Shown here: piece by piece, positions 49,655 through 59,468 of the stretch
Layout: each line of letters begins with the position of its first letter
Numbering within the stretch: the stretch's first letter is position 1
NCBI GenBank assembly: GCA_965262725.1
Contig: OZ253555.1
Location: 1,664,001-1,728,000 of the forward strand
Direction: 5' to 3'
Origin: Dehalococcoidia bacterium
GTDB lineage: Bacteria; Chloroflexota; Dehalococcoidia; UBA2979
Length of the DNA stretch: 64,000 bases
Notes under the pieces: generated by a model
Seen by the model: only the letters and a program-made list of their open reading frames with translations
Database searches by the model: none
Told to the model about the DNA's origin: nothing
Translations under genes and position numbers: made by a program

Positions 49655-50622
49655 CGGTGGATGTGGGTGTCTGGAGCGTCGAGGACGACGTCCCGCGGCG
49701 CGTGAGTCGCGGGGGCGTCGGACTGGAGAGGCGGCTCGAAGACTGGATCGCTCGCGACGCGAGCCTGCTGGCCGACGGCCTCACGATCGTCGGTCGCCAG
49801 GTGCATCTCGACGGCGGCTTTCTCGACCTGCTCGCCATCGACTGGCGAGACCGCTGGGTGGTCATCGAACTGAAGCGCGGGCGGCTGTACCGGGACGCGC
49901 TGGCTCAAGCCCTCGACTACGCATCCTCGATCGCGCGGATCGGAGCCGCCGAGCTTGAGGAACTGCTTCGTCCCGGCATCGAAGGGCTGGGCGACGCCGA
50001 GGAGCTGGCCCGGGCGGTGCGGCGGCAACTCGACGGCGAAGACGGCGACCGCGAGGTGGCGGTCCTGCTCGCCGGCGTCGGCGTGGACGCAGGCCTGCAG
50101 CGCATCGTGGCTCACCTCGGTGGCTACGGCGTGCCGATCACGATCGTGAACTTCGAGGTGTTCGAGCCTGGCGAGGGCTCCCGGCTGCTGATGCGCGAGG
50201 TCACCGAGGAGGAGTCCCGTCCTCCGCGCCGGGAGGCGAGACGCCACACCGTCGAGGCGATCCGGCACCGCGCCCGGGAGGAGGGCGTCGGCGTGCCGTT
50301 CGACCGCTTCCTCGACATGGCGAAGGAGGCCGGGCTCGTGGTTCGGCCGTACTCGCGTGCCGTCATGATCGCGCCGCCGGCCAATCGCAGCCGCTTCCTG
50401 ATGTACGCGCGACCCGATTCGAGCCGCATCGTTCTGAGTGCGGGGCCGGCTCAGTTCGCGGAGTTCTTCCCGCCCCTGACCGAAGAGGAAGCGACCACCG
50501 CGATTGGTCCGTATGAGCGCGGAGGCGCTCCGCATTTGGCCGGTGCCGAGCTGGAGGCGCGCCTCGACCAGCTCGAGACATTCCTGCGGTCGTTGCCCCG
50601 TGCGGAGGACGATGTCGGGTAG
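49651..50622 (+). CDS. NucS/DUF91-like PD-(D/E)XK endonuclease
   Basis: LERRLEDWI, GRQV, LDLLAID, VIELKRG, AQALDYA. Confidence 0.82.
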   Translation: MTVDVGVWSVEDDVPRRVSRGGVGLERRLEDWIARDASLLADGLTIVGRQVHLDGGFLDLLAIDWRDRWVVIELKRGRLYRDALAQALDYASSIARIGAAELEELLRPGIEGLGDAEELARAVRRQLDGEDGDREVAVLLAGVGVDAGLQRIVAHLGGYGVPITIVNFEVFEPGEGSRLLMREVTEEESRPPRREARRHTVEAIRHRAREEGVGVPFDRFLDMAKEAGLVVRPYSRAVMIAPPANRSRFLMYARPDSSRIVLSAGPAQFAEFFPPLTEEEATTAIGPYERGGAPHLAGAELEARLDQLETFLRSLPRAEDDVG

Positions 50623-50703
50623 CGTGGCCCCGCTCGCCATTGCCTGGTGGCGGACAGTCGGCGCAAGGCAACTACAGCTTCAAGCCAGACTCGGAGGTGG
50701 AGG

Positions 50704-51084
50704 ATGACGAGGCGCATCTTTGCCGTGGTGGCCGTCATCGCCATGCTGCTTGCGGCCGCATGCGCGGCCTCGACCACCGCCCCGTCCACCCCGCCGGCAG
50801 TGACAACGCCAGCCGACTCGCATCTTGGGCCCAACGAGATGGTTATCCTCGCGAAGAGCACCGATGATCTGGCGGGGAGCCTCCATAGTTTGGGAAAGTC
50901 GTATCCGTGCGCGCACGATCCTCGCATGGCGTGTTGGGACGGTCGCCCGGTGGGCCCGCCACCGCCCCTTGACTACTACGTCACGGTGCAGTTATTCGGC
51001 GAGACCCGCCAGATGCAGGTGTCCCAAGCGTGCTGGGAACGCTACCGAATCGGCGACGTCCTCCCGAGAGAGTGCCGCCCATGA
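50704..51084 (+). CDS. Small lipoprotein
   Basis: Signal peptide with LAAAC lipobox; four further Cys. Confidence 0.65.
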   Translation: MTRRIFAVVAVIAMLLAAACAASTTAPSTPPAVTTPADSHLGPNEMVILAKSTDDLAGSLHSLGKSYPCAHDPRMACWDGRPVGPPPPLDYYVTVQLFGETRQMQVSQACWERYRIGDVLPRECRP

Positions 51085-51100
51085 TCCGGGCGGCGATTGA

Positions 51101-51439
51101 GTGATGGCAGACTGGTCCGCGTGGCGACAGTTCCCCGATTTCAAAGTAGACGGATATCCCGAGGCCTCGGTTGGCCCCGGAGTCTACGAGCTGCGGCATC
51201 ACTCAACCGGTAAACGCATCCTCGTCGGCGAAAGCAAGACGCTGGCCAAGCGGATGAAGTCGCTGCTGCCGAAATCTCACGGCGGACGCGGGACGCGCAA
51301 GAACTCGAACAAGCGGGAGTACGTCGCCGCGCACCTGCGGGACGTTGAGTACCGCACGCATGATTGTGCGACCAAGGCTGAAGCCAGGGAACTGGAACGT
51401 CAGTTGTTCGACAAGCACACGTACATTTTCCCGACCTAA
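51101..51439 (+). CDS. Stand-alone GIY-YIG-like nuclease
   Basis: PGVYEL...LVGES..L.KRM...ARELE. Confidence 0.65.
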   Translation: MMADWSAWRQFPDFKVDGYPEASVGPGVYELRHHSTGKRILVGESKTLAKRMKSLLPKSHGGRGTRKNSNKREYVAAHLRDVEYRTHDCATKAEARELERQLFDKHTYIFPT

Positions 51440-51555
51440 CCTCAACGGACGGGTGAATGTTGCGACAACTACCAACTGAACCTACCGAACTTTGTCGGAC
51501 ACTGGAGAGCCGGATGTCCGGTTCGGAGGGGGGCCGACGGAAGGGTGCTCCATGC

Positions 51556-52974
51556 TAGTAGCGTCCCGAGAAGTGGTGTCACAGGCGGGGAGACGGTCTC
51601 CACAGGGGGACCTACTACCGACACGGTCCCCATGCAGGTGGACGTAAGAGACTGACCGGACCCCCTTCACGAAGTTATGACGAACGTGGAGGAGGACGAC
51701 GGTGGTCAGAGAGAGCGTGGACGTGTTGGAACTGCTCCGCAAGCAGGCATCGGGAGCTGACCTCGATTTCCTGCGCGAAGCGGTGGCTGTGCTCGCCGAG
51801 GCGGTCATGGACCACGAGGTCTCGGCGCAGGTCGGCGCCGGCTACGGCGAGCGCAGCGAGATGCGCACCACCCGGCGCAACGGCTACAGGCAAAGACGCT
51901 GGGACACGCGGGTGGGCAGCATCGACCTGCAGATCCCGAAGCTCCGCCAGGGGTCCTACTTCCCGGCGCTGCTCGAGCCCCGGCGCCGCTCAGAGCGCGC
52001 CCTGCTAGCCGTCGTCCAGCAGGCGTACGTGGAGGGCGTCTCCACTCGCCGCGTCGACGACCTCGTGCGCTCGCTCGGCTGCGAGGGCATCTCGAAGAGC
52101 CAGGTCTCGCGTATCTGCTCGGAGCTCGATACGGTCGTCACGAGTTTCCTCGGCCGGCCCCTCGACTCCGGCCCCTACCGATACCTCTGGCTCGACGCGC
52201 TCACCCAGCGCGTACGCGAGGAGGGCCGCATCGCCCAGGTGAGCGTCGTCGTCGCCACCGCGGTGAACGCCGAGGGGAAGCGCGAGGTGCTGGGCATCGA
52301 CGTCGGGACCAGCGAGGACGGGGCCTTCTGGCTGGCGTTTCTGCGCGGCCTCGTAGCACGAGGGCTCTCCGGCGTGGAGCTGGTGACCTCCGACGCCCAC
52401 CATGGCCTGAGGGGAGCGATCGCGACCGTCTTCGGCGGCGCCTCCTGGCAGCGCTGCCGTACCCACTTCATGCGAAACCTGCTCACGCGCGTGCCGAAGA
52501 GCGCCGAGGCGCTGGTGGCGACGACCGTGCGCACCATCTACCAGCAGCCCTCGGCCTCCGAGGTGCACGCCCAGCACACGCGGGTCGTGGAGCAGCTCGG
52601 TGCGCGCTTCCCGCAGGCCGCGGCAATGCTCGCCGATGCCGCCGAGGAGATCCTGGCGTTCACGGCCTTCCCGGTGGCGCACTGGCGTCAGGTCTGGTCG
52701 AACAACCCCCAGGAGCGCCTCAACAAGGAGATCCGCCGGCGCACCAACGTCGTCGGCATCTTCCCCAACCGCTCAGCGGTCATCCGGCTCATCGGTGCGG
52801 TGCTCTCCGAGCAGCACGACGAGTGGGCCGTGGGGCGGCGCTACATGACGATGATGACGCTGCTCTCCCCGCCGGGGAGTGAGCTCACGCCGGGCAAGGA
52901 GGTGCTGCTGCAGGCTGCCGGCTAAGAAATGATAAGGATGGTGCGCAGTGACACCACTTGCCGGGACGTGACCC
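51556..52974 (+). mobile_element. IS256-family element
   Basis: IRs ..CGTCCCGAGAAGTGGTGTCAC / GTGACACCACTTGCCGGGACG..; no TSD found. Confidence 0.88.
51702..52925 (+). CDS. IS256 (Mutator) transposase
   Basis: RNGYR, IPKLRQGSYFP, WLDA, SDAH, WQRCRTHF, NPQERLNKEIRRR. Confidence 0.96.
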   Translation: MVRESVDVLELLRKQASGADLDFLREAVAVLAEAVMDHEVSAQVGAGYGERSEMRTTRRNGYRQRRWDTRVGSIDLQIPKLRQGSYFPALLEPRRRSERALLAVVQQAYVEGVSTRRVDDLVRSLGCEGISKSQVSRICSELDTVVTSFLGRPLDSGPYRYLWLDALTQRVREEGRIAQVSVVVATAVNAEGKREVLGIDVGTSEDGAFWLAFLRGLVARGLSGVELVTSDAHHGLRGAIATVFGGASWQRCRTHFMRNLLTRVPKSAEALVATTVRTIYQQPSASEVHAQHTRVVEQLGARFPQAAAMLADAAEEILAFTAFPVAHWRQVWSNNPQERLNKEIRRRTNVVGIFPNRSAVIRLIGAVLSEQHDEWAVGRRYMTMMTLLSPPGSELTPGKEVLLQAAG

Positions 52975-53144
52975 AAACGCCTGGGCTTCGCAACGTGCGC
53001 TGCCGCATGCCCCTCCGTCTCAGCTGCAGACGAGCGCCCGGGGATCTGACCGCGTTGACGCGTTGAAAGGCGCCGGCCCGTGGGGCCCCTGTCAATCACG
53101 TCCCCGCTCTCCTGCGAGGCCCCATGGAACACGGCGACCTCGGC

Positions 53145-53245
53145 GCAGGCTGCTCTCGGCCGAGCACTTCACGGTCGAGGGGACGCTGCTCGAGGCGTGG
53201 GCCGCGCTCAAGAGCTACCGCTCGCACGATGAGCAGGGCCCATCT
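53145..53245 (+). pseudogene. IS5-family transposase fragment
   Basis: LLSAEHFTVEGTLLEAWAALKSY. Confidence 0.65.
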
Positions 53246-53812
53246 CCTTCGCGAGGCGCCACCCGAGAGTGGACTTTCGACTGGGCCGACGTCGCGGGCG
53301 CGCGGAGCGGATCGAGGCGCCATGTGTCTTGATCGCTTGGGGCCATCTTGGGGCCATGTTCGGTGGGACGGCGTGGGACCAGAGGGCACGAGCCGTCGCA
53401 TAGAGTGCCCGAATCCCTCGGCGACAGGTACGAAACGGCTCCTGACGTGACGGGCTGCGACGGGCCGGGATCGACCTGAGTACCCTGTCACCGTGGAGAT
53501 CGTCGATTCGCATCCGCTCGGGGTCGCCACAATTGCCATGCGGAAACCGGCGCTGCGGCTGAGGGAGGGTGCTGGTCAGCCTGAGCCCGGTCTTCCCGGG
53601 ACTGAGCAGACACCGGTCGAGTCACCCTCCTAGCGCCTGCAACTCCCGGCCCGTGTACGCCGCCCCTGCACTTCCCGCAGGCACCATCCGCGGCTGCCCG
53701 CGTTCCGCGCACCATCTGCGTTCCCTTCTCAACGTCGGCGCAACCAACCGACGCTCCGACGTGCTCTTCTCGCCGCCCCGGCCGACGATAACGAGAACGC
53801 GTGGCGTGACCA

Positions 53813-54826
53813 TCATCTGCTGGTCTGCGCCCTCGTCCCGGCGATCCGGTCCATTGGCGAGAACTTTCGGTGCTGGACGGCCACGTGCGCGGAGGCGAGG
53901 TTCACGTAGCGACGCACCATCTCCAGCGTCGAGTGGCCGAGGATCTGCTGGAGGCTGAAGACATCACCCCCGTTGATCAGGTAGCGCGTCGCGAAGGTGT
54001 GGCGGCAGAGGTGAGGATGCAGACGCGTCACCCCCGAGCGCATCGCGGCGCGCTTGATCGCCTGCGTGAGCGCGCTACGCCCCAGGGGGCGCCCGTCGAG
54101 CGTCAGGAAGACGTAGACGTCCGGGCCCAGCGGTTCCGGCCGGTAGTGGTGCTGGTAGCGCCAGAGTGCTCGCTGCGTGGCGGTGCCGAAGGGCACGATG
54201 CGCTCCTTGCCTCCCTTGCCCAGAACCTTGAGCCATCCGGCGTCAAGTTCGAGGTCCGCCGTCCGCAGCCCGGCCACCTCGCTGATGCGCAGGCCGGAGT
54301 CGAGCATGAGCGTGAGGATCGCGTAGGCGCGCGCTCCCCAGTCCGACTTCGTGTCGCAGGCGGCGAGCACCCGGCCTATCTCGGCCTCGGTCAGCACGTC
54401 GACGATCCGGCTGGGGACGCGGTAGTTGGCGAGATGCTCGAGGCGGTAGCTCTCCGTGTAGCCCTCGCGGTGCAGCCAGTTGAAGAAGGCCTTGAGGGCG
54501 CGGATGCGGTTCTGGATGCCGCCGGGCGAGAGTCCCTCCTCGGCCGTCGGGCAGAACTCGGTGTCGTCCCACTTCCGCTTCTGTTGCAGGTACGCGATGT
54601 AGGCCCGCACCTGCGGTTCGCCGGTCTCGGCGATGAGCGTCGATGAGCCCTCCCCGGCGAGGAAGCGCTCGAACTTCCCGAGTTCATAGTTGTACCAGCG
54701 GATCGTGTTGGGGGACTTGCCGTCGGTCCGGTTGTGGAACTCCCAGTAGCCGATGAGATCCCGCAGCGCCAGTTGCTCCATCCCGCTCCTCCATCGCTGC
54801 TCCGTGCGGCTCTTGCCTCGCGTCAT
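53813..54826 (-). CDS. Tyrosine recombinase/integrase of the island
   Basis: SGLRISE, GKGGKER, HLCRHTFA, LGHS, RRY; next to tRNA 3' end. Confidence 0.93.
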   Translation of the reverse strand: MTRGKSRTEQRWRSGMEQLALRDLIGYWEFHNRTDGKSPNTIRWYNYELGKFERFLAGEGSSTLIAETGEPQVRAYIAYLQQKRKWDDTEFCPTAEEGLSPGGIQNRIRALKAFFNWLHREGYTESYRLEHLANYRVPSRIVDVLTEAEIGRVLAACDTKSDWGARAYAILTLMLDSGLRISEVAGLRTADLELDAGWLKVLGKGGKERIVPFGTATQRALWRYQHHYRPEPLGPDVYVFLTLDGRPLGRSALTQAIKRAAMRSGVTRLHPHLCRHTFATRYLINGGDVFSLQQILGHSTLEMVRRYVNLASAHVAVQHRKFSPMDRIAGTRAQTSR

Positions 54827-54862
54827 GACCCTCTCCCCTCCGGTCCCGGGCGGTCAAAATCT

Positions 54863-54911
54863 CGTGACCGCGCCGTGATCCGTGCGTGAAGCGGACGTGA
54901 CCTGAGCGTGA
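54863..54911. repeat. Five CGTGA repeats at exact 11-bp period between integrase and tRNA
   Basis: CGTGA at 54863, 54874, 54885, 54896, 54907. Confidence 0.75.
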
Positions 54912-55048
54912 TCTGTGGCTCGACGAGGCAGGGGGTCGCGGCAGCAGTGAATAGCCGCACGGCGATGGCTCACCCGCCGCCGTTCAGGGGGCGGAATGGG
55001 GGATTCTGAACCTAAGAACGGGCTCTCACGCCGCGATGGCGAGAGATC

Positions 55049-55124
55049 TGGAGCGGGGGACGGGTCTCGAACCCGCGACCTTCTGCTTGGAAGGCAGACG
55101 CTCTGCCAGCTGAGCTACCCCCGC
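55049..55124 (-). tRNA. tRNA-Gly (TCC)
   Basis: GCGGGGGTAGCTCAGCTGGCAGAGCG TCTGC CTTCCAA GCAGA AGGTC GCGGGTTCGAGACCCGT CCCCCGC TCCA; full cloverleaf with CCA. Confidence 0.97.
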
Positions 55125-55323
55125 CCGACCACCGGTTGGCACCCGATCGCGTCGCAGCGCGGGCGCTCGCATAGAGTGTATCCGCGAGGGGCGTTGACCG
55201 GCGCCCACCCGGCGTGGTCCCGGACCGCAGCGATGCCGGCGGGCAGATGGGCCCGGGGCCGCGCCCGCGCTCCTTCGCGCCGGAGCGGGAGAGGCCCGAC
55301 CGGGCGCAGTGCGAGGGGGAACG

Positions 55324-56220
55324 GTGGCGGCGACGAGTCTGGATGTGACCCGAGGCTTCGTGAAGACGCCGCACGGGCACGTCGAGTACCGCGAGGCCGG
55401 CGAGGGGGAGCCCTTCGTCATGCTCCATACCACTCCGTCCACCTCCGAACAGTACCAGCCGCTCTTCGGCCATTTCTCCGGCCGCTACCGGGTCGTCGCG
55501 CCCACGACCATCGGCTACGGCCACTCCGACCGGCCGCCCGAGCCGTACACGAGCGTTCGCGAGTTCGCGCAGGCGCTCTCCTGGACCCTCGACGGACTCG
55601 GGCTCGACCGGGTTCATCTCTTCGGTGCGAAGACCGGTGCGCAGATCGCGATCGACCTCGCAGGCTGGCAGCCTGAGCGCGTGCGCTCGCTGGTTCTCGA
55701 CGAGCCTTTCGACTACTGCAACGAGGAGGGGCGGGCGCTCCACGGCCGCATCCATCGCTACTACCCCGAGCAGGCCGACGGCAGCCACCTGGTGGCGATC
55801 TGGAAGCGGGTCGGCGGCGATCGACCGGGGGCCGATGTGGCCGAGGCCAACCGTTCGCTGATGAACCTGCTGCACGTCAACGAGGGAGGCGACGACGTGC
55901 GAGCGATCTACGGCGACATGGGGTGGGAGGGTGCCGGTCCCTACGCGATCTGCCACTTCTCCACGTTCGATCACACGCCGATGATCCAGGCGCCGACCCT
56001 GGTGATGCACGGCTCGGAGAGCCGATTGCGCTCGCTCCACGCGCGCTTCCTCGAGACGATCCCGAACGTGCGCGGCGTGCTGATCGGCAACTCCGGCCTC
56101 GAGGAGTCCGTGACACGCCCGGCCCACCTCCGCGGCCAGTTCTTCGCGACGCAGGCCCCCGGGGAGTGGTCCGGGGCCATCCTCCGCTTCCTCGACGACG
56201 CGGAGCGGACGCCGGCCTGA
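55324..56220 (+). CDS. Alpha/beta hydrolase-fold protein lacking the canonical nucleophile Ser
   Basis: MLH, GYGHSD, elbow reads GAKTG, PERVRSLVL, PTLVMHG. Confidence 0.8.
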   Translation: MAATSLDVTRGFVKTPHGHVEYREAGEGEPFVMLHTTPSTSEQYQPLFGHFSGRYRVVAPTTIGYGHSDRPPEPYTSVREFAQALSWTLDGLGLDRVHLFGAKTGAQIAIDLAGWQPERVRSLVLDEPFDYCNEEGRALHGRIHRYYPEQADGSHLVAIWKRVGGDRPGADVAEANRSLMNLLHVNEGGDDVRAIYGDMGWEGAGPYAICHFSTFDHTPMIQAPTLVMHGSESRLRSLHARFLETIPNVRGVLIGNSGLEESVTRPAHLRGQFFATQAPGEWSGAILRFLDDAERTPA

Positions 56221-56276
56221 CACCGCCCGCGGATGTGGCGCGACGAGCGGAGCCCGGGGACGGCCTCCTGGCGCTG

Positions 56277-56960
56277 CTACTCACCCCGCCGCGCGTCTCG
56301 CAGCTCCCGCACGAGCGTGGCCGCCACGTGGTCGACGCGGGGCCCGGTCTCCTGCGCGACGATCACGGTCCCGCCCGTCGGCACGACGGCGATGAAGAGC
56401 TGCGTGCCGGAGGGCTCGACGGCAGTGCAGGTGAGGAGCCAGCCGCGCTCCCCCGCGAGTGGCGCCTCGGCCGCTGCACAGCGGTGTGACGGCGTGTCCC
56501 CGCCCGCCAGCAGGGCGGCCAGAGACCGGGCCACCGACTCGTCGCCCGCGTCGAGCAGCTCCACACCTCCCGCCGAGCCGGCCCCGGCCGTGGCGACGTA
56601 CGAGTCGACGAGCAGGTCCAGCGGGAGCCCCGCGCTCCGCGCATCCTCGAGCACGCCTGCGCGTTCGACGATCTCTCGCAGGAAGCGGTCGCGGGGCTGC
56701 CGGGAGACGACGGCTGTACGGCCGTAGGTCGCGACGACGGAGCGTGTGAGCGCCTCGAGCAGGAGCGAGGAGCGCCCTTCCCCCTCGGATAACGGAGAGA
56801 TGCTGCGCTCAGACTCGCTCCCGCCGGCCGCGCACGCCGGGCCAAGGATTGTGATCACGGCGAACAGCAGCATGACCCGGAGGCGGGCGGCGAAGGGGCC
56901 GCGGCCCGCGCCCGTACGGCTCGTGCGCGCGGCTGCGCTGTGTGCCACTACGGTGCTCAT
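56277..56960 (-). CDS. Hypothetical, possibly lipoprotein
   Basis: Hydrophobic stretch ending LGPAC; start uncertain. Confidence 0.5.
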   Translation of the reverse strand: MSTVVAHSAAARTSRTGAGRGPFAARLRVMLLFAVITILGPACAAGGSESERSISPLSEGEGRSSLLLEALTRSVVATYGRTAVVSRQPRDRFLREIVERAGVLEDARSAGLPLDLLVDSYVATAGAGSAGGVELLDAGDESVARSLAALLAGGDTPSHRCAAAEAPLAGERGWLLTCTAVEPSGTQLFIAVVPTGGTVIVAQETGPRVDHVAATLVRELRDARRGE

Positions 56961-57137
56961 CGTCGGCGCTCCTCGCGGTCATCCCGCTCCGAGGATGCGC
57001 GCGAGTCTATCGATAGCGGGCTCCGGTGACCCGCCGGCCGGAAGCGGCTACGATGCCCTCCCTCCGGCGCGGGCGCCCGCTCGCGCTGTCCCCGCATCGC
57101 TCTCGCGGGCGGTCGCGGTTGCCGGGAGGGGAGGCCG

Positions 57138-58007
57138 ATGGCCGGGATCGCGGAACGCTGGGAGCCTCTCGGGCGGCACGGCGCGACGGAGCTCGTGGCC
57201 GCGCGCGAGCAGCTGCATTGTGCGGCGCAGATCGTGGCATCCGTCCCGCGCGTGCTGGCAGTGCCGCTCCCCGACTGGAGTCACAGCGCCTACACCTGGG
57301 ACGACTCCGTCCGCGCGATGGTGAGCAGCGCGCTCCCCGGCCGGACGCCCTTCCGGGTCGCGCTCCGGCCAGCGGGTCTCCGCGTCCTGCTCCTCCCGCT
57401 GGCGGGTGGCGAGCCGATCGCCGAGTTTGCCGCCGGGGGCCGCACGACCGGCGATCTCTTCGCCTGGCTGGGCGAGCGCGCCGTCGAGCTGACCGGCGCG
57501 CCCCTCCCCGGGCCGCTTGAGGAGGCGGACGAGTACCCGCCGTCGCCGTGCACGCCCGACCAGCGCTTCGAGGCGGGCGACGCCACGGCGTTCGGCGAGC
57601 TGGAGCGCTACTACGTCGACGCGGCCGCGGCGCTCGGCTCCGTCGTCGGCTCCCGGTCCGACGCCTCGCCGCTGCGCCTCTGGCCGCATCACCTCGACAT
57701 CGCGACGCTCATCACCCTCGATTCCGGGGTCGATCCGGAGGAGGCGCGGAGCGTCGGAATCGGGATGCAGCCCGGAGACGATGGCTACCCGGAGCCGTAC
57801 TTCTACGTGACCCCGTGGCCCTACCCTGCGACGGGCTTGCTCCCCGGCCTGGAGGGCGGCGGCCGCTGGCACACCGAGGGCTGGACGGGTGCCCTCCTGC
57901 CGGGGAGCAAGCTCCAGGCGGCCGGGGCGGCGTCCGCGCAGGCCTCGATGCTGGAGGCCTTCCTTCGGTCGGCGGTCGGCACCGTCCTCGAGCTGCTCGA
58001 GCGGTAG
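57138..58007 (+). CDS. DUF5996-like hypothetical protein
   Basis: QLHCAAQ, LWPHHLD, G..PGD..YPEPYFYV.PWP, WHTEGW.GA.L. Confidence 0.7.
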   Translation: MAGIAERWEPLGRHGATELVAAREQLHCAAQIVASVPRVLAVPLPDWSHSAYTWDDSVRAMVSSALPGRTPFRVALRPAGLRVLLLPLAGGEPIAEFAAGGRTTGDLFAWLGERAVELTGAPLPGPLEEADEYPPSPCTPDQRFEAGDATAFGELERYYVDAAAALGSVVGSRSDASPLRLWPHHLDIATLITLDSGVDPEEARSVGIGMQPGDDGYPEPYFYVTPWPYPATGLLPGLEGGGRWHTEGWTGALLPGSKLQAAGAASAQASMLEAFLRSAVGTVLELLER

Positions 58008-58069
58008 CGGCGTCCGGCCCCCTTACCTTCTTTCTGCGGCCTGGGTAGCTTCCCGGGCCGGGAGTCCGG

Positions 58070-58200
58070 CCGTGCCGGCATGGCTCAGTGCCCCCTGTCG
58101 CTTGGCGGCCTGGGGGGTGTTGCCACCGGCACTGCTCGGTGCGTGAACCTCTGATAGGGACATGCGAGCTGATCGCTGATTCGTAAGGTGGATGACGGCG
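58070..58200 (+). ncRNA. Predicted bridge RNA of the IS110 element
   Basis: GATAGGGACA (58153-62) equals right end 59517-26; GTAAGG (58183-88) is the reverse complement of left end 58021-26; target loop GCCCCC / GGGGGG. Confidence 0.7.
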
Positions 58201-58253
58201 CGCGCACCTGCGGCCTTCCGGACGAGTGGACGAAGCACCCGAGAGGAGCCGCA

Positions 58254-59468
58254 GTGGGAACGCCCGATGACATCGACGTGTGGATCGGCCTCGACATCGG
58301 CAAGGCAGAACATTTCGCTGACGCGCTGGACGCCGCGGGCGAGTCGCTGTTCGCCGGCGCCGTGGCCAACGACGAGGCCGACATCGAGACGCTCCTCGGC
58401 CGTGCCCAGGCCCTGGGTGCCCCTGCCCTGGTCGTCGACCAGCCCGGCTCGCTCGCCAGCCTCGTGCTCGCCGTCGCTGCGCGCCTCGGTGTGCCGGTGG
58501 CGTACGTGCCCGGCCTGATAATGCGCCGCGCTGCCGACCTCTACCCGGGCGAGGCCAAGACCGACCGTCGCGACGCCTTCGTCCTCGCCGACACCGGCCG
58601 CATCCGGCGCCACCAGGTGCACTGGCTCGACGCCGGCAACGACGAGCTGCTCGCGCAGCTCCGCGTCCTGAACGGCTACGACGCCGACCTCGCCACGGAC
58701 GCCACACGGCTGTCGAACCGGCTCCGGGACGCGCTCACGGGCATCTCCCCGGCGCTGGAGCGCGTTCTGGGCCCGAGGCTGCACCATCCGGGCGTCCGGG
58801 ATCTCCTGGCACGCTACCCGGCTCCCCAGGCACTGGCGAAGGCCGGCCGCGGCCGCATCGAGAGCACGATCCGGAAGCGCTCGCCGCGGCTGGCGAAGGC
58901 CCTCACCGTCGCCGTGACGCAGGCGCTCGGAGCTCAGAGCGTCGTCGTGCCGGTCGAGGCCGTGATGGGGCGCGTGATCTCCGAGGTCGTTGTCGAACTC
59001 GACCGCACGCTGGAGCGACGGAAGCGGCTCGCGGCCGACATCGAGGAGCTCTTCGAGGCACACCCTTTCGGACGCATCCTCGGCACGCTCCCGGGCATCG
59101 GCCCCCGGGCCGGGTCGAGGATCCTCGCTGAGATCGGCGACGGCGCCCGGTTCGCGAACGGATCGAGGCTCGCGAGCTACGCCGGCCTCGCTCCGGTGAC
59201 CCGCCAGCCCGGGTCGAGTCTCCGCGGCGAAGCGCGCAGCCGGCGCGGGAACCACCGCCTCAAGAACGCGATGTTCCTGGCCGCCTTCGCCTCGCTGCGC
59301 GATCCCGCATCGAGGGCCTTCTACGACCGGAAGCGGGCCGAGGGGAAGAAACACAACGCCGCCGTCATCTGCCTCGCGCGCCGGCGCTGCGACGTCATCT
59401 TGGCCATGCTTCGCTTGCGCCAGCCCTACCGAGCCACGCAATCTCGCCACAACGCGGCAGCCGCCTGA
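58254..59468 (+). CDS. IS110 DEDD recombinase
   Basis: GLDIGK, VVDQ, KTDRRDA, PGIGPR, YAGLAPVTRQPGSS, ICLARRR. Confidence 0.95.
   Translation: MGTPDDIDVWIGLDIGKAEHFADALDAAGESLFAGAVANDEADIETLLGRAQALGAPALVVDQPGSLASLVLAVAARLGVPVAYVPGLIMRRAADLYPGEAKTDRRDAFVLADTGRIRRHQVHWLDAGNDELLAQLRVLNGYDADLATDATRLSNRLRDALTGISPALERVLGPRLHHPGVRDLLARYPAPQALAKAGRGRIESTIRKRSPRLAKALTVAVTQALGAQSVVVPVEAVMGRVISEVVVELDRTLERRKRLAADIEELFEAHPFGRILGTLPGIGPRAGSRILAEIGDGARFANGSRLASYAGLAPVTRQPGSSLRGEARSRRGNHRLKNAMFLAAFASLRDPASRAFYDRKRAEGKKHNAAVICLARRRCDVILAMLRLRQPYRATQSRHNAAAA

Larger units (their letters stand above)
1..55048. mobile_element. tRNA-Gly-anchored integrative element / genomic island (left end outside window; may be composite)
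   Basis: Integrase abutting tRNA 3' end; Tad, primase, Rad52, ArdC and Replic_Relax backbone; IS and defence-like cargo; second att copy not seen. Confidence 0.7.

Noticed and set aside
51653-51668. 16-bp match to the IS3 IRR (TGACCGGACCCCCTTC) inside the IS256 leader
   Set aside because: No further IS3 sequence follows; cannot distinguish relic from chance.
43749-52974. Composite transposon bounded by IS3 and IS256
   Set aside because: Different families and no shared target-site duplication.
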